From Anaerolineae bacterium (lineage in GTDB: Bacteria; Chloroflexota; Anaerolineae; UBA4142): DNA of 64,000 nucleotides. The position numbers and the translations under genes are program-made. The notes beneath the pieces were generated by a model. The model saw nothing but the letters and a program-made list of their open reading frames with translations, did not search any database and was not told where the DNA came from. Shown one piece after another: positions 1 to 10,192 of the stretch; the stretch's first letter is position 1; the number at the start of each line of letters is the position of its first letter. The stretch lies in NCBI GenBank assembly GCA_034433515.1, contig DAOUAL010000023.1, forward strand, positions 73 through 64,072, in the 5' to 3' direction.

Positions 1-310
<310 letters not shown>

Positions 311-378
311 GGGATATTCACGAATTGAAGCCACCTCATCCTTCTGTTCAGTTTTCATCGTTAATCTAAAAACAGATT

Positions 379-497
379 CCTCTGGTGATTTGAGCGGTGG
401 GGAAATACCCGGTCCCATGCCGAACCCGGAAGTCAAGCCCACCAGCGCCGATGGTACTGGCGGTACGCACCGCTGGGAGAGTAGGTCATTGCCAGGC
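379..497 (+). rRNA. rrf: 5S rRNA
   Basis: 'cccggtcccatgccgaacccggaagtcaagcccaccagcgccgatggtact' and 'ctgggagagtaggtca' are canonical 5S loop/helix sequences. The ends 'cctctggtga'/'tcattgccagg' pair as helix I. A T-rich tract follows. Confidence 0.9.
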
Positions 498-640
498 GGG
501 AATCTGTTTTTGTTTTCTTGTCCTAATCCGCAATGTGCTGGGGTTATCCCAGTGCAACGCGGATTTTCTTTTTCTGCAAACGTATTTGTTGCATCGCCCA
601 AGACGTGATAGAATGTGTCTATCTCATTCTGGAGAAATCA

Positions 641-1594
641 ATGCCACCGCAATTACGCCAACGAATCATCGCCTCACTTGCTTTTGCACTGATTGTTTTC
701 CTCGCACTCACGTTTTATGCCGATGCTCCACGTCTCTGGGAGGCGCTGTCCCATTTCGATTGGCGATTCTTGTGGCTTGCGCTTGCTACGACGTTGTTTA
801 ACTATCTCCTCCGTTTTGTGCGTTGGCATTATTATCTCGATGTGATTGGGATTAAAAATGTTCCACGCCTCAATTCGTTACTCATCTTTCTTGCCGGCTT
901 TTCTCTGACGACGACGCCGGGCAAACTCGGCGAAGTCCTCAAATCGTTTTTGCTCAAAGAGCGCTACCAAACCCCAGTCAGTTACTCTGCGTCCATCGTG
1001 GTCGCCGAACGCTTGACGGATGTGTTTGGCATGCTCATCCTCGCGGCGGTAGGATTATCGTTGTATCCTGCCGGTATCGGCGTGTTGGTGATGGTGTTGC
1101 TTGCCACCATTCTATTCGTGATCGTTGTGCAACAGCGTGCGTTGATGGAACGCCTTATTGATCTAGTTGCACGTCTGCCGATTGTGGGACGCTTGGCAGA
1201 AATGCTACGCAATCTATACGAGAGTGCGTATTTGATGTTGCAACTCAAGCCCTTACTCATTGCGATTGGCCTGGCGACGATGGCGTGGTTGGGTGAGTGT
1301 GTATCGTTTTGGTTTATCTTGCAAGGCATCGGCGTGATGCCAAGTTGGCTCTTGTTGCTCCAAGCGACTTTTATTTATGCTGCTGCCTCACTCTTTGGCG
1401 CCGCCTCGATGTTACCGGGTGGTTTAGGAGCAACCGAAGGGAGCATGGCTTTATTGTTACAACAGATCGTTGGTGTTGCACGCGAAGCATCGGTAGCGGC
1501 AACGCTCATCGTGCGATTGTGTACGCTATGGTTTGCTGTCCTGCTGGGTGTGATCGCGCTCGTGTGGATTGGCGTGCCGCGTCAACAATCTTAA
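641..1594 (+). CDS. UPF0104 / lysylphosphatidylglycerol-synthase-TM-like (flippase-like) membrane protein
   Basis: ORF 533..1594 trimmed to the first ATG (641, MPPQLRQR). Multi-TM protein. 'RFVRWHYYL' and 'TTTPGKLGEVLKS' resemble the family signature. Confidence 0.6.
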   Translation: MPPQLRQRIIASLAFALIVFLALTFYADAPRLWEALSHFDWRFLWLALATTLFNYLLRFVRWHYYLDVIGIKNVPRLNSLLIFLAGFSLTTTPGKLGEVLKSFLLKERYQTPVSYSASIVVAERLTDVFGMLILAAVGLSLYPAGIGVLVMVLLATILFVIVVQQRALMERLIDLVARLPIVGRLAEMLRNLYESAYLMLQLKPLLIAIGLATMAWLGECVSFWFILQGIGVMPSWLLLLQATFIYAAASLFGAASMLPGGLGATEGSMALLLQQIVGVAREASVAATLIVRLCTLWFAVLLGVIALVWIGVPRQQS

Positions 1595-1610
1595 GAACGA
1601 AGGAGGCAGA

Positions 1611-2609
1611 ATGGCGCTCATCGCGTTAGCGGCATCTATCACAGCAACCGTTGTGCCCACTATCGTTTATGTGTTTGTGTTGTGGTGGTTTGACCGGTAC
1701 GAAAAAGAACCCATCGGACTGCTTGCCATTGCATTCTTCTGGGGTGCAATTCCCGCTGTCGTTCTTTCGATCATTGGCGAAATCGTTGCCGGTGTTCCCT
1801 TGGCAACCCTCGATGCAGCATCGTCCGAGGTGATTGGTTCTAGTGCGATTGCACCGTTCGTCGAAGAGTCGGTCAAGGGCTTGATCGTTTTTGTCTTGTA
1901 TTGGATTTTCTACAAAGAGTTTGATAGCCCCATTGATGGGATTATTTACGGCGCGCTCGTGGGGCACGGTTTTGGGATGACGGAGAATCTGCTCTACTTT
2001 CTCGGCGCATGGGCAAACGGCGGCTGGGCATCGTGGAGCGTGGTGGTGTTTGTGCGCGCGTTTGTGTTTGGACTTAACCATGCGTTCTTTACCAGTTTGA
2101 CCGGGCTAGGTTTATATCTGGCGCGAATGAGTCGGAGTGCGCTTGCGCGTGGCGTGTTTGCCCTCCTCGGCTTGAGCGCAGCGATGCTTTTTCATGCAGT
2201 TCACAACCTAGGTATCGTGATGGCGCAAGCGACGTGCCTGCTTTCTTTCCTTGTCGGTGCGTTGAGCGATTGGGGCGGCGTGTTCATCGTCTTTGTGATC
2301 CTGATTATCGGGATGATCAGCGAAAAACGTTGGATCACTAGCGAATTGAAAGAAGAAATTGAATTAGGGTTGATTGACCAACGGGATTATGCCTTGGCGC
2401 GATCTTACACTGAACGGATGATGGCACAGATGGATGCCATCTTGCGCGGAAATTGGCGTGCCGCGCAACGGGTATCGCGCTTGGGACAGACGTTGACGGA
2501 ACTTGCGTTCCGCAAATATCAGATGCACGTACGTGGAAATGATTACACCGACGAAATTCGATTATTGCGTCAAGAAGTGGCAGCGATCAAAGCGAGTGCA
2601 AATGCCTAA
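1611..2609 (+). CDS. PrsW-family intramembrane metalloprotease
   Basis: ORF 1569..2609. ATG 1611 is preceded by 'aggagg'. Polytopic membrane protein with EExxK ('VEESVKG') and HxxxN ('HAVHN') motifs. Confidence 0.65.
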   Translation: MALIALAASITATVVPTIVYVFVLWWFDRYEKEPIGLLAIAFFWGAIPAVVLSIIGEIVAGVPLATLDAASSEVIGSSAIAPFVEESVKGLIVFVLYWIFYKEFDSPIDGIIYGALVGHGFGMTENLLYFLGAWANGGWASWSVVVFVRAFVFGLNHAFFTSLTGLGLYLARMSRSALARGVFALLGLSAAMLFHAVHNLGIVMAQATCLLSFLVGALSDWGGVFIVFVILIIGMISEKRWITSELKEEIELGLIDQRDYALARSYTERMMAQMDAILRGNWRAAQRVSRLGQTLTELAFRKYQMHVRGNDYTDEIRLLRQEVAAIKASANA

Positions 2610-2638
2610 GGGCAGGGAAAACCTGCCCTTTTTGTTTT
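2608..2638. terminator. Bidirectional intrinsic terminator between convergent genes
   Basis: Hairpin 'aagggcagg-gaaaa-cctgccctt' followed by 'tttgtttt'. Confidence 0.7.
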
Positions 2639-3302
2639 AAATGGGTTTGATGCATTCGGCGGAATTGTTGCGCGGTGAATTCACCAACGGCGAAACCGGA
2701 TACGCTTGCATCTGTTCTGCCGGGTATGGCTTGAGCAACGCCATCAATTGTTTGATGTCTTGATTCGTCGCGTCAAGCCACGCACGTTGCGCTTCTCTGG
2801 AGAGAATCACCGGCATCCGGTCGTGAATTGGCTGCACTAACGTGTTCGCCGTTGTTGTGATAATGGCGCACGACGTAATGGTCTCGCCTTCTGGTGATTG
2901 CCAGGTATCATACAGCCCGGCAAATCCCATTGGCTCGCCCGATTTGAGTCGAACGTACATCGGCGTCTTTTTTGTGCCAACGGTGTGCCATTCGTAAAAG
3001 CCATCCGCGATGACAATGCAACGACGCTGAACGAGTGCGCGTTTGAAACTGGGTTTCTCCGCGACGGTTTCTGCGCGTGCGTTGATCATTCGCGCACCCA
3101 TTCTTTCATCTTTCGCCCATGAAGGAATCAAACCCCAGCGCATTGTTTCCAAGGTTCGAGAGCCAGCCCGTTGCACAATGACTGCAATTTGATGGGTGGG
3201 CGCGATATTGTAACTTGGTTCGAGGTTGACATTGGCTTGGTCAAGATCAAACGCGAGTTGAATGTGTTTCAAATCGGAAAAGAGGACGAATCGTCCACAC
3301 AT
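2637..3302 (-). CDS. SOS response-associated peptidase (SRAP/YedK, abasic-site processing)
   Basis: N-terminal 'MCGRF' (catalytic Cys2), plus 'WGLIPSWAK', 'NARAETV' and 'HDRMPVIL'. Confidence 0.9.
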   Translation of the reverse strand: MCGRFVLFSDLKHIQLAFDLDQANVNLEPSYNIAPTHQIAVIVQRAGSRTLETMRWGLIPSWAKDERMGARMINARAETVAEKPSFKRALVQRRCIVIADGFYEWHTVGTKKTPMYVRLKSGEPMGFAGLYDTWQSPEGETITSCAIITTTANTLVQPIHDRMPVILSREAQRAWLDATNQDIKQLMALLKPYPAEQMQAYPVSPLVNSPRNNSAECIKPI

Positions 3303-3312
3303 TGCATATTCC

Positions 3313-3465
3313 TAACTCGGACAAGCCGAAACTGAACAGAATTTTTTCCACGAAGCACACGAAGAAACACGAAAAATTAGTTTTCTTCTTCGTGACCTTT
3401 GTGTCCTTCGTGGACGAAGCAGCTTTGCTTTTTGTACAATGATTTAAGTGGGAAGGTACTATTCT
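3313..3465 (+). repeat. Dispersed intergenic repeat, family B, copy 1 (about 150 bp, hairpin-containing)
   Basis: Aligns by eye with 28293..28435. Shared blocks: 'taactcggacRagccgaaac', 'ccacRaagMacacgaaga', 'ttcgtgacct', 'ccttcgtgg', 'ctttttgtRcaaYgattt', 'ggtacYatt'. Confidence 0.7.
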
Positions 3466-3474
3466 GTGGCGGAT

Positions 3475-4110
3475 TCAATCGAACAACACCAATTGCTCGC
3501 CGCGCAATTTTTCTTGAATCTTTTGCGCAATCAGATCGAGATGTTGATGATTGGACACAAAGTCCAAGCGATCAGCGGGGACGATGAGGATAGGGCACAA
3601 TTCAAAATCGGCGATCCATTCATCGTAGAGAATGTTGAGTTGATGCAAATATTCCGGCGCGATGCGTTTTTCGTACTCGCGACCGCGTTGGGCAATACGT
3701 GCCAACAATGTCGGTACGGACGCATTGAGATACACGACGAGATCAGGTGGAGGCAGTAACTCGATGGAGGCTTGATACAACTCGTGATAGGTTTGCCAAT
3801 CGCGTTCCGCGATGAATCCTTGCCGATACAAATTTTTGGCAAAGATTTCGGCATCTTCGTACACGCTGCGATCTTGCACCACCGTGCGCGGAAAATCCAT
3901 CAAGCGGCGCAGATCGCGCAGGCGGCGTGCCAGAAAATAGAGTTGCGAATGAAATGCCCATGCCTTCATATCGGCGTAGAAATCGGCAAGATAGGGATTG
4001 TCCACGACGCCTTCAAAGAACGGTTCCCAGCCCATTCGCTCGCACAGCATTTCGACGAGTGTAGATTTGCCCACGCCGATATTCCCGGCAATCGCAATGA
4101 ATTTTTTCAC
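3475..4110 (-). CDS. Deoxynucleoside kinase
   Basis: P-loop 'IAGNIGVGKSTL', 'DRSVYED', lid 'RIAQRGREYE'. Confidence 0.85.
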   Translation of the reverse strand: MKKFIAIAGNIGVGKSTLVEMLCERMGWEPFFEGVVDNPYLADFYADMKAWAFHSQLYFLARRLRDLRRLMDFPRTVVQDRSVYEDAEIFAKNLYRQGFIAERDWQTYHELYQASIELLPPPDLVVYLNASVPTLLARIAQRGREYEKRIAPEYLHQLNILYDEWIADFELCPILIVPADRLDFVSNHQHLDLIAQKIQEKLRGEQLVLFD

Positions 4111-4760
4111 GCGTTGCCTCCGTTCTCAAACAACGGATATTGACGCGCGCCCAACTCTAATTGGGCACGGATACGATCAATAATCGTGTGCAAGTCTTCC
4201 GGGTTGCGCACAAAGTCGAGCCGATTCGAGTCAATGGTCAGGACAGGGGCACATGTATAGTGTGCGTAAAACTCGTCATACGCCTGACCCAGTTGTGCGA
4301 TATAATCACGCTCTATCGCGCGTTCGTACGGACGGTCGCGGAGGGCGATGCGTTCCATCAACACATCGGTGTCGGCGCGCAGATAGACCACCAAATCAGG
4401 CGTGGGAATCTTGGTGGCGATAATGCGATGCACGCTTTCGTACATTGTCAACTCATCTCCCTCGATGTTGAGGCGTGCAAAGATTTGATTCTTGTCGAAC
4501 GTATAGTCGCTGATGAGGTTGCCGCGCGCGAGTGCGGCGGGGATGAATTCATGCTGTTGATGATAGCGGCTGAGGAGAAAAAAGATTTGGGTTTGGAAAC
4601 CATAACGTTTGCGATCTTGATAAAAACGAGCGAGGAAAGGATTTTCTTCAAAGACTTCGAGGAGGATTTCGGCTTGAAAAACCGGCTGGATTAGACGGGT
4701 CAAAGTGGTCTTGCCCACACCAATCACGCCTTCGATTGCGATGTAGAAATGTTTCTGCAA
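4107..4760 (-). CDS. Deoxynucleoside kinase (second paralog, 4-nt overlap with downstream gene)
   Basis: P-loop 'IEGVIGVGKTTL', lid 'RIALRDRPYE'. An ATGA overlap at 4107-4110 implies translational coupling. Confidence 0.85.
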   Translation of the reverse strand: MQKHFYIAIEGVIGVGKTTLTRLIQPVFQAEILLEVFEENPFLARFYQDRKRYGFQTQIFFLLSRYHQQHEFIPAALARGNLISDYTFDKNQIFARLNIEGDELTMYESVHRIIATKIPTPDLVVYLRADTDVLMERIALRDRPYERAIERDYIAQLGQAYDEFYAHYTCAPVLTIDSNRLDFVRNPEDLHTIIDRIRAQLELGARQYPLFENGGNA

Positions 4761-4798
4761 TGTTTTCCTCCATTTGCAGAGGCGTGGTGCTCTTGCCC

Positions 4799-5737
4799 CT
4801 ACATGACTATTTGCACTTTGATCACGCCTGGTGCCACCGCCCGCTCGAATGCTTCGATGCCGCGTGTCAGCGGATATTCTGCGCTAATCAGTGAGTCAAC
4901 GTCAACCAATTTTCTTTCCAGCAATCGCAAGGCAGGTGCGAATGGACCGCAACGCGAGCCGATGATCGAAATTTCGTCAATCACAATCGGTGCAAATGTC
5001 GTGTCCTGACCTCCGTGAAACGTGGATTTCAAAACGAGGGTGCCACGCGGGCGCGTCAATCGGCGTGCTAGATCAAAGCCGCTGGCATGACCCGTGCAAT
5101 CCACTACCACATCGAACTGATCGTGAATCGAATCGGGGTCGGTTGTTGTAGCGATGCCACGCCGGCGCAGAATCTCAAGTTTGTTGGTGTGTCGCCCAAC
5201 CGTCAACAAATCACAGCCGGTCAGATAAAGCACTTGAGCGCATAACAATCCCAGTTTGCCATCGCCCAGCACACACACGCGATCAGTTGGGTGAATATGA
5301 ATGCGATCCGTGATTTCGCACGCGGCGGCAAGGGGTTCGACAAAGACGGCTTGCGCATCGCTGATACTATCTGGAACGCGATGCAGGTTGCGTGCGGGCA
5401 AGGTAAGATATTCCGCGAACGCGCCGTCGCGATGAACGATGCCCAGCGTCGTGCGATTGGGACAATGCGTTACATCGCCACGCAGACAGGTTGGACAGGT
5501 GCCATCGTACGCATTAATCTCGCCCACCACGCGCGCGCCGCGCAGATCACCTTCTTCCACGATGCCCACAAATTCGTGGCCCAGCACACCCCGAAAGCCC
5601 ATATAGCCCTTGACGATTTCCAAATCTGTGTTGCAAATGCCGGCACGCAGGACGCGCACCAACGATTCGTTGGGAACGCGCGGCATTGCGCGATCCTGTT
5701 CGAGTTTGAGTGTTCCATCAAAAACTAGGGCATTCAT
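4799..5737 (-). CDS. Zinc-dependent alcohol dehydrogenase family (MDR) oxidoreductase
   Basis: 'GHEFVG', structural-zinc Cys cluster 'CPTCLRGDVTHC', Rossmann 'VLGDGKLG'. Confidence 0.8.
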   Translation of the reverse strand: MNALVFDGTLKLEQDRAMPRVPNESLVRVLRAGICNTDLEIVKGYMGFRGVLGHEFVGIVEEGDLRGARVVGEINAYDGTCPTCLRGDVTHCPNRTTLGIVHRDGAFAEYLTLPARNLHRVPDSISDAQAVFVEPLAAACEITDRIHIHPTDRVCVLGDGKLGLLCAQVLYLTGCDLLTVGRHTNKLEILRRRGIATTTDPDSIHDQFDVVVDCTGHASGFDLARRLTRPRGTLVLKSTFHGGQDTTFAPIVIDEISIIGSRCGPFAPALRLLERKLVDVDSLISAEYPLTRGIEAFERAVAPGVIKVQIVM

Positions 5738-5741
5738 TCGA

Positions 5742-6506
5742 TTAGTCGGCTTCGAGGTTATCTAAATCAATCAAACCCAGCGCGCGCGCTTCTTCGTACG
5801 TCAATTGATGGTTGGGATCGTTCAAAATATCCGGCGAGACTTTGGGTGGAGTTGGTTTCTCGGAGGTTGATTCCGAGGGTGGCGGCGTGACAGATGGCTT
5901 GTCGCGTCCCGGCAATTTGCGGCGTGGGCGGGGTGCTGGTGGTCTCTCTTCGGCTGGGGGTGCGGGGGGAGTGGCAGGTGCCGTTGGTGTAATCATAATA
6001 TTACTCTCAAACACGTTCATCGCTTCATCGAGGACATCGCTGACCGTACTTTTGATCTGCGCACTTTCTGCTGCACTGGGTTCCAGCAAAGATTTTTTGA
6101 TTAGCGCGCGCAATTCGGTTACCGCGCGGCGCAGGGTGAGCCACACCATTCCAATGCGGCTCGTTCCAACGAGTCCGCGTTCGAGGATGAGGGTCAAAAA
6201 GATTTGGTCATTCAGGCGCGTCGTGTACATCTCGTAATTTTGTCCTTCGTGAAAATGTAAATCGAAGGAGGCTTCATCGCGCAAGAGATGGACCACGGCG
6301 TTCGTGGCTGACATGGCATTGCCTAGGAGGGCGAGAAAGGCGTCAAGGTCCAAGTTGCGGATGTGTCCGCATTGCACCAACAATTCACCGGACTCGGCGG
6401 AGAGGATCGCGCCGGACGCACCGAGATCAATGCGCAGATTCTCGAGGCGTTCCTGAATTTTCTTTTGACCGGCTTCCGAAAAAGTGACTAGGGTATTCCC
6501 TTGCAT
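5742..6506 (-). CDS. Roadblock/LC7 (MglB-like) domain protein with Pro-rich C-terminal tail
   Basis: N-terminal ~130 aa fits the Roadblock pattern ('ASGAILSAESGELLV...DLDAFLALLGNAMSA'). C-terminus 'TPPAPPAEERPPAPRPRRK...' is low complexity. Confidence 0.4.
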   Translation of the reverse strand: MQGNTLVTFSEAGQKKIQERLENLRIDLGASGAILSAESGELLVQCGHIRNLDLDAFLALLGNAMSATNAVVHLLRDEASFDLHFHEGQNYEMYTTRLNDQIFLTLILERGLVGTSRIGMVWLTLRRAVTELRALIKKSLLEPSAAESAQIKSTVSDVLDEAMNVFESNIMITPTAPATPPAPPAEERPPAPRPRRKLPGRDKPSVTPPPSESTSEKPTPPKVSPDILNDPNHQLTYEEARALGLIDLDNLEAD

Positions 6507-6538
6507 AGTGCCTCATCTGATCGTTCAGCGTCGTCCGA

Positions 6539-6568
6539 AATATACCACGCTCTTGTGGGCATTGTCAA
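6539..6568 (-). promoter_or_regulatory. Putative sigma70 promoter for the 5742..6506 gene
   Basis: Minus strand reads TTGACA (6568-6563), an 18-nt spacer, then TATATT (6544-6539). Confidence 0.45.
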
Positions 6569-6574
6569 CAATAG

Positions 6575-6607
6575 GAACACCCGCCAACAGGTATACGGCG
6601 GGTGTTC
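6575..6607 (-). terminator. Hairpin downstream of tRNA-Asn
   Basis: 'gaacacccgcc' / 'ggcgggtgttc', an 11-bp stem. On the minus strand it is followed by 'ctattgtt'. Confidence 0.5.
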
Positions 6608-6609
6608 GC

Positions 6610-6685
6610 TGGCTCCTCGGCTAGGACTCGAACCTAGAACATCACGGTTAACAGCCGCGCGCTCTGCCAATTGAGCTACCGAGGA
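6610..6685 (-). tRNA. tRNA-Asn (anticodon GTT), CCA encoded
   Basis: Reverse complement reads tcctcggtagctcaattggcagagcgcgcggctGTTaaccgtgatgttctaggttcgagtcctagccgaggagcca. Acceptor stem tcctcgg/ccgagga, T arm ctagg-ttcgagt-cctag. Confidence 0.92.
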
Positions 6686-6733
6686 ATATTCACTTGTGTA
6701 TTTATTATATTCAAGATTGGCGGATGGTCAAGT

Positions 6734-8116
6734 TTAACCCAAATAATCCTTCAACTTTCGGCTCCGCAATGGATGCCGCAGTTTGCGCAATGCCTTCGCT
6801 TCGATTTGCCGGATGCGCTCCCGGGTTACACCAAACTCTTGCCCCACTTCTTCCAACGTGCGCGTCATTCCATCGGCCAGGCCAAAGCGTAATTCCAGTA
6901 CCTTACGTTCACGGTCGCTCAAGCCCTCCAGCACATCTTGCATTTGCTCTTTCAGCAATTGACGCGAGGCTTGATCGGCGGGACCGGGTATGGATTCGTC
7001 TTCGATGAAATCGCCCAGCGACGTGTTTTCTTCCTGACCAATCGGCGTCTCGAGCGACATGGGCTCTTGCGAGATCTTCATAATGCGGCGCACTTTAAGA
7101 GCGGCACGCTTGAGCCGCCGATCCAAGCCGGGATCAAGTGGTTCACCGCGGGCTTGCGCTTCGAGAATCGCGCGACGATCTTCGGGCGGCAAAATATCCA
7201 TTTCGAGCGCAATCTCTTCCGAGGTGGGTTCGCGCCCCAGTTCTTGGGTCAATCGGCGCGAGATGCGCACCAACCGATTGATCGTCTCGACCATATGCAC
7301 TGGGATGCGAATGGTACGGGCTTGATCGGCAAGGGCGCGTGTGATGGCTTGGCGAATCCACCACGTAGCGTAGGTAGAGAACTTGAATCCCTTGGAATAA
7401 TCAAAGCGTTCGACTGCGCGGAGCAAGCCAATATTGCCTTCTTGGATCAAATCCAAAAAAGACATCCCGCGTCCAATGTAGCGCTTGGCAACGCTGACGA
7501 CCAGACGTAGATTCGCTTCTGCCAGTTTGAGCCGCGCCGCCACCGCGGCATCCACCGCCGCTTTCCATTTTTGGCGAAGGCGCGCATTGGCATTCGCTTT
7601 GTGCAAATTGAGTTGTGCAATTTCACCTTTCTTCACTATCTCGGACAATTTGGATTCTTCTTCGCCGGTGAGCAAAGGCACCCGTCCAATTTCGCGCAGG
7701 TACATTCGCACCGGGTCGCTTCCAACTTCGGTGGGAACATCGTCCAGATCCAGGCGTTCTTCGATGCCCTCCGTCAAGTCTGGTTCCACCGCCGCCTCGG
7801 GCGCGGGGGTAATGTGATTGTCCACGATCTTGATTTTCATTTCGGCGAGCAAGCGGCGCAGATCGGCGATCTGTTCCGGATCATCTTCGATTTCCGGAAA
7901 GATGGTGCGAATCTGTTCCCAGTTCAATCGCTTGCTGGTGCCGGCTTTGCGGACGAGCGCATCGAGTACGGCATCTTGATCTGGCAAATCGGCGGCGCGC
8001 ACCCACGCGTCCTCCCCATGAACGCCAGCAAGTTTCAAGAGCCGGGATGTGTGCGGCTTGGAGGTTCGCGCTGTTTTCTTTTGAGTTTTGGTTGACGTTT
8101 TCTTTTTTTGAGGCAT
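6734..8116 (-). CDS. rpoD: RNA polymerase primary sigma factor (sigma-70)
   Basis: 'YLREIG', '[36 protein letters not shown]', '[28 protein letters not shown]'. Confidence 0.95.
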   Translation of the reverse strand: MPQKKKTSTKTQKKTARTSKPHTSRLLKLAGVHGEDAWVRAADLPDQDAVLDALVRKAGTSKRLNWEQIRTIFPEIEDDPEQIADLRRLLAEMKIKIVDNHITPAPEAAVEPDLTEGIEERLDLDDVPTEVGSDPVRMYLREIGRVPLLTGEEESKLSEIVKKGEIAQLNLHKANANARLRQKWKAAVDAAVAARLKLAEANLRLVVSVAKRYIGRGMSFLDLIQEGNIGLLRAVERFDYSKGFKFSTYATWWIRQAITRALADQARTIRIPVHMVETINRLVRISRRLTQELGREPTSEEIALEMDILPPEDRRAILEAQARGEPLDPGLDRRLKRAALKVRRIMKISQEPMSLETPIGQEENTSLGDFIEDESIPGPADQASRQLLKEQMQDVLEGLSDRERKVLELRFGLADGMTRTLEEVGQEFGVTRERIRQIEAKALRKLRHPLRSRKLKDYLG

Positions 8117-8121
8117 TGCTT

Positions 8122-9960
8122 TCAGATGCGCCCCAGAATAGTTCTGGTCCCCAAGGCTTTTTGATTTTCCATCAAGCGTTTGCGCAGAAAACCGATACGG
8201 GCAAACAATCCGCGTTCGGTTTCCGCACTGAGTTTTTCAAACTGGTCGCGCAAGATGACTTGAATCTGTGCCAATTCCGTTTTGTCGTGCTGAATCTGTA
8301 AACGATGTGCGGCATTTTCGATTTCGCGTGCTAGTTCCGGCTCACTCAAAGCCGGGAGTTCTTGACTGATTAAATGATCGTGCAAAGCGACGAGCGATTC
8401 GTCCAGCGTAACGCGAAAGGCTTCCCGATCGAATAATTCGCTCGGTGTCCAGTACTCGCGCAATGCCGTGAACAAGGCGCGGCACTCGGCGGGCGCAAAA
8501 TCTTCCGCGTCCAAAAATTCGATGCGTGCGAGATGCTCTGGCGTGTGAAGCACAAGGGTCAATAAATATTCTTCCAGTCTCGGCATGGCGCGTTGCGCCA
8601 GGGTTTCTGCCTCCGCCGGGCGAGGGACGATGCGCTGGTTCGCATCTACTTGTTGGGCAATCATTTGTTCCGGTGCTTGGACCAATCGCGCGAGTTGTTG
8701 CGTGTAATGGGTACGCTGAACCGGATTGCCAATTTCTCGGATAATGGGTACAAGTCGCTTGACCGCCAACGATTTATCGCGCGCGGTTTTTAGATCCAAG
8801 TCTTGCGTCAGCACGCGAAAATAGAAATCTACCAATGGTTCCGGATGCGCGGTGAGTTCGCTCCATTGTTGCGGGTCATCGTAGATCAACTCGTCTGGGT
8901 CTTTGCCGGGCGGCATCGGAATCACGAGTAATTCGGCTTCCAAGCGTTCTTCAAATCCAATCAAACCAGCGCCCAGCGGCACCGGCACGGTCTTGCGATC
9001 CAAGGCGTTGCGTGCTATTTCCAAACCGCGCTTGGTCGCTTCTTCGCCGGCGGCGTCGGGATCGAGTGCGAGCGCGTACCGATTGGTCAATCGTTTGAGC
9101 AAGCCCAATTGTTTTTCCGTGAGGGCGGTCCCCAGCGACGCGACGACGTTTTTGAATCCACCTTGATGTGCCCCAATCACATCCATATACCCTTCGACGA
9201 TGATGGCGAGATTTTGTTGACGAATCGCCTCTTTGGCAAGATCAAGGCCGTACAGCGTGCCGCTCTTATCAAATAGAGGGGTCTGCGGCGAGTTTAGATA
9301 CTTGGGTTCTTCGCCGGTCAAGGTGCGTGCGCCAAAGCCAATCACTTCGCCGTTGCGATTGCGAATAGGAAACATCAGACGTCCGCGAAAGCGGTCGTAG
9401 CGTCCACCGCCTTCGTGCGGCACGATCAAGCCGGCGGCTTCGATGTCGCGGACAGCGAATCCTTGGTTGACCAAGAAGGATTCCATTGCATGCCAATCGT
9501 CCAGCGCAAACCCCAGTTCAAACATTTCGACTGTCTCGGGCTTGAGATGTCGCTGGGCGACGTACTCGCGCGCGGCTTGGGCAGCCGGATGATTCTTGAG
9601 CAGGTTATGGTAATGGGCAGCGGCGGTGGCGAGTAGTTCACGCAAGCGCTTGCGTTCAACGTCTTCGCCGGGACCTTCGCGAATGAGTTCAACCCCGGCG
9701 CGTTGTGCCAAGCGGCGTAATGCTTCACCAAAATCAATATTCTCGCGTTTCATCAAAAATGTGAAAACATCGCCGCCGGTGCCGCATGCACCAAAGCAAT
9801 GCCAAGTCCCTTGATCGGGAAAGACGATGAACGAGGGAGTCTTTTCGTTGTGAAACGGGCAGAGCGCTTTGAAATTGCGCCCTGCTTTTTTCAAGGTAAC
9901 GTACGAGCCGATGACATCAACGATGTCAATCTTTGATTTGACGTCATCCACAACTGACAT
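8122..9960 (-). CDS. dnaG: DNA primase
   Basis: Zinc finger '[18 protein letters not shown]', TOPRIM 'IIVEGYMDV' and 'LDPDAAG'. Start moved to ATG 9960 ([17 protein letters not shown]); the track's 49-aa extension looks non-coding. Confidence 0.92.
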   Translation of the reverse strand: MSVVDDVKSKIDIVDVIGSYVTLKKAGRNFKALCPFHNEKTPSFIVFPDQGTWHCFGACGTGGDVFTFLMKRENIDFGEALRRLAQRAGVELIREGPGEDVERKRLRELLATAAAHYHNLLKNHPAAQAAREYVAQRHLKPETVEMFELGFALDDWHAMESFLVNQGFAVRDIEAAGLIVPHEGGGRYDRFRGRLMFPIRNRNGEVIGFGARTLTGEEPKYLNSPQTPLFDKSGTLYGLDLAKEAIRQQNLAIIVEGYMDVIGAHQGGFKNVVASLGTALTEKQLGLLKRLTNRYALALDPDAAGEEATKRGLEIARNALDRKTVPVPLGAGLIGFEERLEAELLVIPMPPGKDPDELIYDDPQQWSELTAHPEPLVDFYFRVLTQDLDLKTARDKSLAVKRLVPIIREIGNPVQRTHYTQQLARLVQAPEQMIAQQVDANQRIVPRPAEAETLAQRAMPRLEEYLLTLVLHTPEHLARIEFLDAEDFAPAECRALFTALREYWTPSELFDREAFRVTLDESLVALHDHLISQELPALSEPELAREIENAAHRLQIQHDKTELAQIQVILRDQFEKLSAETERGLFARIGFLRKRLMENQKALGTRTILGRI

Positions 9961-10155
9961 TTTAATCCTGCACACGAAAACTGCTGCCCAAGTTCTGCGA
10001 CAACCGTTGCATCCCGTCTGCGGCGGTATATTGCACCAAGTTACGCAGATTGTCAAGGCGGATGTGTTAGGTACAGCGGTTGTCGCGTCGAATCGGACGT
10101 AGGGCAAATTTCCAAACTTGACCTACGCTCTCTATCTGACAAAACACGTTGAGTT

Positions 10156-10184
10156 TTGAGCCAGGTTTCTTTCCGTGCTATAAT
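10156..10184 (+). promoter_or_regulatory. Putative sigma70 promoter, possibly giving a leaderless mRNA
   Basis: TTGAGC (10156-61), 17-nt spacer, TATAAT (10179-84). The ATG at 10193 lies only 8 nt past the -10 element. Confidence 0.5.
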
Positions 10185-10192
10185 AGCAAGTA

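Noticed and set aside
9961-10107. 49-aa N-terminal extension of DnaG
   Set aside because: The extension is Cys/Arg-rich and non-conserved in appearance. Primases begin close to the 'IDIVDVI...CPFH' zinc-finger region.
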